A stretch of 24,177 bases of DNA, from the UHGV virus genome UHGV-0274038; one strand, 5' to 3'. Positions within the stretch are counted from its first letter, which is position 1. Each line of letters starts with the position of its first letter. Of this stretch, positions 20,254 through 24,177 are shown piece after piece. The position numbers were made by a program, and so were the translations under genes. The stretch is from a virus. Below the pieces are notes generated by a model. The model was given only the letters and a program-made list of their open reading frames with translations, had not been told where the DNA came from and searched no databases.

Positions 20254-20579
20254 AAACCTTCCGCTGGAAAGTGAAACCCGGTATGGATGTGGCTTCGGCC
20301 CCTTCTGTAAGAAAGGTGCGCTTTGGTGATGGCTATTCCCAGCGAGCGCCTGCCGGGCTGAATGCCAACCTGAAAACGTACAGCGTGACGCTTTCTGTCC
20401 CCCGTGAGGAGGCCACGGTACTGGAGTCGTTTCTGGAAGAGCACGGGGGCTGGAAAGCCTTTCTGTGGACGCCGCCTTATGAGTGGCGGCAGATAAAGGT
20501 GACCTGCGCAAAATGGTCGTCGCGGGTCAGTATGCTGCGTGTTGAGTTCAGCGCAGAGTTTGAACAGGTGGTGAACTGA
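20250..20579 (+). CDS. M: Tail tip protein M (109 aa)
   Basis: MKTFRWKVKPGMDVASAPSVRKVRFGDGYSQRAPAGLNANLKTYSVTLSV...; lambda gpM. Confidence 0.95.
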   Translation: MKTFRWKVKPGMDVASAPSVRKVRFGDGYSQRAPAGLNANLKTYSVTLSVPREEATVLESFLEEHGGWKAFLWTPPYEWRQIKVTCAKWSSRVSMLRVEFSAEFEQVVN

Positions 20580-21277
20580 TGCAGGATATCCGGCAGGAAA
20601 CACTGAATGAATGCACCCGTGCGGAGCAGTCGGCCAGCGTGGTGCTCTGGGAAATCGACCTGACAGAGGTCGGTGGAGAACGTTATTTTTTCTGTAATGA
20701 GCTGAACGAAAAAGGTGAGCCGGTCACCTGGCAGGGGCGACAGTATCAGCCGTATCCCATTCAGGGGAGTGGTTTTGAACTGAATGGCAAAGGCACCAGT
20801 ACGCGCCCCACGCTGACGGTTTCTAACCTGTACGGTATGGTCACCGGGATGGCGGAAGATCTGCAGAGTCTGGTCGGCGGAACGGTGGTCCGGCGTAAGG
20901 TTTACGCCCGTTTTCTGGATGCGGTGAACTTCGTTAACGGAAACAGTGACGCCGATCCGGAGCAGGAGGTGATCAGCCGCTGGCGCATCGAGCAGTGCAG
21001 CGAACTGAGCGCGGTGAGTGCCTCCTTTGTACTGTCCACGCCGACGGAAACAGATGGCGCTGTTTTTCCGGGACGTATCATGCTGGCCAACACCTGCACC
21101 TGGACCTATCGCGGCGATGAGTGCGGTTATCACGGTCCGGCGGTCGCGGATGAATATGACCAGACAACGTCCGATATCACGAAGGATAAATGCAGCAAAT
21201 GCCTGAGTGGCTGTAAGTTTCGCAATAACGTCGGCAACTTTGGCGGCTTCCTTTCCATTAACAAACTTTCGCAGTAA
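20579..21277 (+). CDS. L: Tail tip protein L (232 aa)
   Basis: MQDIRQETLNECTRAEQSASVVLWEIDLTEVGGERYFFCNELNEKGEPVTWQG... with C-terminal Cys cluster; lambda gpL. Confidence 0.95.
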   Translation: MQDIRQETLNECTRAEQSASVVLWEIDLTEVGGERYFFCNELNEKGEPVTWQGRQYQPYPIQGSGFELNGKGTSTRPTLTVSNLYGMVTGMAEDLQSLVGGTVVRRKVYARFLDAVNFVNGNSDADPEQEVISRWRIEQCSELSAVSASFVLSTPTETDGAVFPGRIMLANTCTWTYRGDECGYHGPAVADEYDQTTSDITKDKCSKCLSGCKFRNNVGNFGGFLSINKLSQ

Positions 21278-21282
21278 ATCCC

Positions 21283-22026
21283 ATGACACAGACAGAATCA
21301 GCGATTCTGGCGCACGCCCGGCGATGTGCGCCAGCGGAGTCGTGCGGCTTCGTGGTGAGAACGCCGGAGGGGGAAAGATATTTCCCCTGCGTGAATATTT
21401 CCGGTGAGCCGGAGGATTATTTCCGGATGGCTCCGGAGGACTGGCTGCAGGCAGAAATGCAGGGTGAGATTGTGGCGCTGGTCCACAGCCACCCCGGTGG
21501 TCTGCCCTGGCTGAGTGAGGCTGACCGGCGGCTGCAGGTGCAGAGTTATTTGCCGTGGTTGCTGGTCTGCCGGGGGGCGATTCATAAGTTCCGCTGTGTG
21601 CCGCATCTCACCGGGCGGCGCTTTGAGCACGGGGTGACGGACTGTTACACGCTGTTCCGGGATGCTTATCATCTGGCGGGGATTGAGATGCCGAATTTTC
21701 ATCGCGGGGATGACTGGTGGCGTCACGGCCAGAATCTCTATCTGGATAATCTGGAGGCCACAGGGCTGTATCAGGTGCCGTTGTCATCAGCACAACCGGG
21801 CGATGTGCTGCTGTGCTGTTTTGGTTCATCGGTGCCGAATCATGCCGCCATTTACTGCGGCGACGGTGAGCTGTTGCACCATATTCCTGAACAACTGAGC
21901 AAACGAGAGAGGTATACCGACAAATGGCAGCGACGCACACACTCCCTCTGGCGTCACCGGGCATGGCACGCATCTGCCTTTACGGGGATTTACAACGATT
22001 TGGCCGCCGCATCGACCTTCGTGTGA
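21283..22026 (+). CDS. K: Tail tip assembly protein K (JAMM/MPN plus NlpC/P60-like domains)
   Basis: MTQTESAILAHARRCAPAESCGFVV... with JAMM motif VHSHPGGLPWLSEAD and downstream Cys/His peptidase-like residues; lambda gpK. Exact start not verified. Confidence 0.85.
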   Translation: MTQTESAILAHARRCAPAESCGFVVRTPEGERYFPCVNISGEPEDYFRMAPEDWLQAEMQGEIVALVHSHPGGLPWLSEADRRLQVQSYLPWLLVCRGAIHKFRCVPHLTGRRFEHGVTDCYTLFRDAYHLAGIEMPNFHRGDDWWRHGQNLYLDNLEATGLYQVPLSSAQPGDVLLCCFGSSVPNHAAIYCGDGELLHHIPEQLSKRERYTDKWQRRTHSLWRHRAWHASAFTGIYNDLAAASTFV

Positions 22027-22595
22027 AAACGGGGGCTGAAGCCATCCGGGCACTGGCCACACAGCTCCCGGCGTTTCGTCAGAAACTGAGCGACGGCTGG
22101 TATCAGGTACGGATTGCCGGGCGGGACGTCAGCACGTCCGGGTTAACGGCGCAGTTACATGAGACTCTGCCTGATGGCGCTGTGATTCATATTGTTCCCA
22201 GAGTCGCCGGGGCCAAGTCAGGTGGCGTATTCCAGATTGTCCTGGGGGCTGCCGCCATTGCCGGATCATTCTTTACCGCCGGAGCCACCCTTGCAGCATG
22301 GGGGGCAGCCATTGGGGCCGGTGGTATGACCGGCATCCTGTTTTCTCTCGGTGCCAGTATGGTACTTGGTGGTGTGGCGCAGATGCTGGCACCGAAAGCC
22401 AGGACGCCCACGGCAGCAAGTACAGATAACGGCAAACAGAACACCTATTTCTCCTCACTGGATAACATGGTTGCCCAGGGCAATGTTCTGCCCGTTCTGT
22501 ACGGTGAAATGCGCGTGGGGTCGCGGGTGGTCTCTCAGGAGATCAGCACGGCAGACGAAGGGGATGGTGGTCAGGTTGTGGTGATTGGTCGCTGA
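21924..22595 (+). CDS. I: Tail tip assembly protein I (223 aa)
   Basis: MAATHTLPLASPGMARICLYGDLQRFGRRIDLRVKTGAEAIRALATQLP... overlaps the K 3' end in another frame; lambda gpI. Confidence 0.9.
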   Translation: MAATHTLPLASPGMARICLYGDLQRFGRRIDLRVKTGAEAIRALATQLPAFRQKLSDGWYQVRIAGRDVSTSGLTAQLHETLPDGAVIHIVPRVAGAKSGGVFQIVLGAAAIAGSFFTAGATLAAWGAAIGAGGMTGILFSLGASMVLGGVAQMLAPKARTPTAASTDNGKQNTYFSSLDNMVAQGNVLPVLYGEMRVGSRVVSQEISTADEGDGGQVVVIGR

Positions 22596-22612
22596 TGAAA
22601 AACGTTTATGTG

Positions 22613-22640
22613 AAACCGCCTCCGGGCGGTTTTGTCGTTT
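22613..22640 (+). terminator. Stem-loop with T-rich tail between I and J
   Basis: AAACCGCC/GGCGGTTT stem (22613..22620 and 22625..22632), loop TCCG, then TGTCGTTT. Confidence 0.4.
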
Positions 22641-22654
22641 ATGGAGCGTGAGGA

Positions 22655-24177
22655 ATGGGTAAAGGCAGCAGTAAGGGGCATACTCCGCGCGAAGCGAAGG
22701 ACAACCTGAAGTCCACGCAGTTGCTGAGTGTGATCGATGCCATCAGCGAAGGGCCGGTTGAAGGTCCGGTGGATGGATTAAAAAGCGTGCTGCTGAACAG
22801 TACGCCAGTGCTGGACAGTGAGGGGAATACCAATATCTCCGGCGTCACGGTGGTGTTCCGGGCCGGTGAGCAGGAGCAGACACCGCCGGAGGGATTTGAA
22901 TCCTCCGGCTCCGAGACGGTGCTGGGTACGGAAGTGAAATACGACACGCCGATCACCCGGACCATCACGTCGGCAAACATTGACCGACTGCGTTTTACCT
23001 TCGGCGTGCAGGCACTGGTGGAAACCACCTCAAAGGGGGACCGGAATCCGTCGGAAGTCCGCCTGCTGGTTCAGATCCAGCGTAATGGTGGCTGGGTGAC
23101 GGAAAAAGACATCACCATTAAGGGCAAAACCACCTCGCAGTATCTGTCCTCGGTGGTGGTGGGTAACCTGCCGCCGCGCCCGTTCAATATACGGATGCGC
23201 AGGATGACGCCGGACAGCACCACAGACCAGCTGCAGAACAAAACGCTCTGGTCGTCATACACCGAAATCATCGATGTGAAACAGTGCTACCCGAACACGG
23301 CACTGGTCGGCGTGCAGGTGGATTCGGAGCAGTTCGGCAGCCAGCAGGTGAGCCGTAATTATCATCTGCGCGGGCGCATTCTGCAGGTGCCGTCGAACTA
23401 TAACCCGCAGACGCGGCAATACAGCGGTATCTGGGACGGAACGTTTAAGCCAGCATACAGCAACAACATGGCCTGGTGTCTGTGGGATATGCTGACCCAT
23501 CCGCGCTACGGCATGGGGAAACGTCTTGGTGCGGCGGATGTGGACAAATGGGCGCTGTATGTCATCGGCCAGCATTGCGATCAGTCGGTGCCGGACGGTT
23601 TTGGCGGCACGGAGCCGCGCATCACCTGTAATGCGTACCTGACCACACAGCGCAAGGCGTGGGATGTGCTCAGTGATTTCTGCTCTGCGATGCGCTGTAT
23701 GCCGGTATGGAACGGGCAGACGCTGACGTTCGTGCAGGACCGACCGTCGGATAAGGTGTGGACCTATAACCGCAGTAATGTGGTGATGCCGGATGATGGT
23801 GCGCCGTTCCGCTACAGCTTCAGCGCCCTGAAGGACCGCCATAATGCCGTTGAGGTGAACTGGATTGACCCGAATAACGGCTGGGAGACGGCGACAGAGC
23901 TTGTGGAGGACACGCAGGCCATTGCCCGTTACGGTCGTAACGTCACGAAGATGGATGCTTTTGGCTGTACCAGCCGGGGGCAGGCACACCGCGCCGGGCT
24001 GTGGCTGATTAAAACAGAACTGCTGGAAACGCAGACCGTGGACTTCAGCGTGGGTGCCGAAGGGCTTCGCCATGTACCGGGCGATGTCATTGAAATCTGC
24101 GATGATGACTATGCCGGTATCAGCACCGGCGGGCGCGTGCTGGCGGTAAACAGCCAGACCCGGACGCTGACGCTCGA
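22655..24177 (+). CDS. J: Central tail fibre / host-specificity protein J, 5' portion (runs off the window end)
   Basis: ATG at 22655 gives MGKGSSKGHTPREAKDNLKSTQLLSVIDAISEGPVEGPVDGLKSVLLNSTPVLD... open to the window end; lambda gpJ N-terminal region. Confidence 0.9.
   Translation, partial: MGKGSSKGHTPREAKDNLKSTQLLSVIDAISEGPVEGPVDGLKSVLLNSTPVLDSEGNTNISGVTVVFRAGEQEQTPPEGFESSGSETVLGTEVKYDTPITRTITSANIDRLRFTFGVQALVETTSKGDRNPSEVRLLVQIQRNGGWVTEKDITIKGKTTSQYLSSVVVGNLPPRPFNIRMRRMTPDSTTDQLQNKTLWSSYTEIIDVKQCYPNTALVGVQVDSEQFGSQQVSRNYHLRGRILQVPSNYNPQTRQYSGIWDGTFKPAYSNNMAWCLWDMLTHPRYGMGKRLGAADVDKWALYVIGQHCDQSVPDGFGGTEPRITCNAYLTTQRKAWDVLSDFCSAMRCMPVWNGQTLTFVQDRPSDKVWTYNRSNVVMPDDGAPFRYSFSALKDRHNAVEVNWIDPNNGWETATELVEDTQAIARYGRNVTKMDAFGCTSRGQAHRAGLWLIKTELLETQTVDFSVGAEGLRHVPGDVIEICDDDYAGISTGGRVLAVNSQTRTLTL

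Noticed and set aside
23255-24073. 272-aa minus-strand ORF inside the J region (similar long antisense ORFs at 13411..14121, 20477..21289, 19846..20511, 18250..18828, 9019..9495)
   Set aside because: They lie wholly antisense to well-supported lambda structural genes, have Arg/His/Pro-rich low-complexity translations typical of shadow ORFs in GC-rich coding DNA, and lack ribosome-binding sites.

Overview
This window is the right arm of a mosaic lambdoid prophage of the E. coli type, annotated from the sequence and recalled protein families only (no searches run). It opens in the 3' end of an IS3-family transposase whose insertion appears to truncate a ybcN-like gene. A DLP12/phage-21-like nin and Q module follows (ninE, ybcO, rusA, ylcG, Q), then an antisense NmpC-type porin moron with a structured IpeX-like 3' UTR, a candidate late promoter and tR'-like terminator, and a phage-21-type lysis cassette (pinholin S, SAR endolysin R, Rz with embedded Rz1). 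The most interesting part is a ~1.4 kb accessory segment (about 4940..6250) sitting where bor normally lies. It encodes a protein with a C-terminal T5orf172 (GIY-YIG-like) nuclease domain and an unrecognised N-terminal domain, followed by ~680 bp without convincing ORFs but with two degenerate direct repeats built on hairpins and two short ORF candidates. After that come ybcV and ylcI on the minus strand, cos, and a lambda-collinear packaging, head and tail module from Nu1 to the 5' part of J, with no insertions seen. No tRNA or CRISPR array was found.
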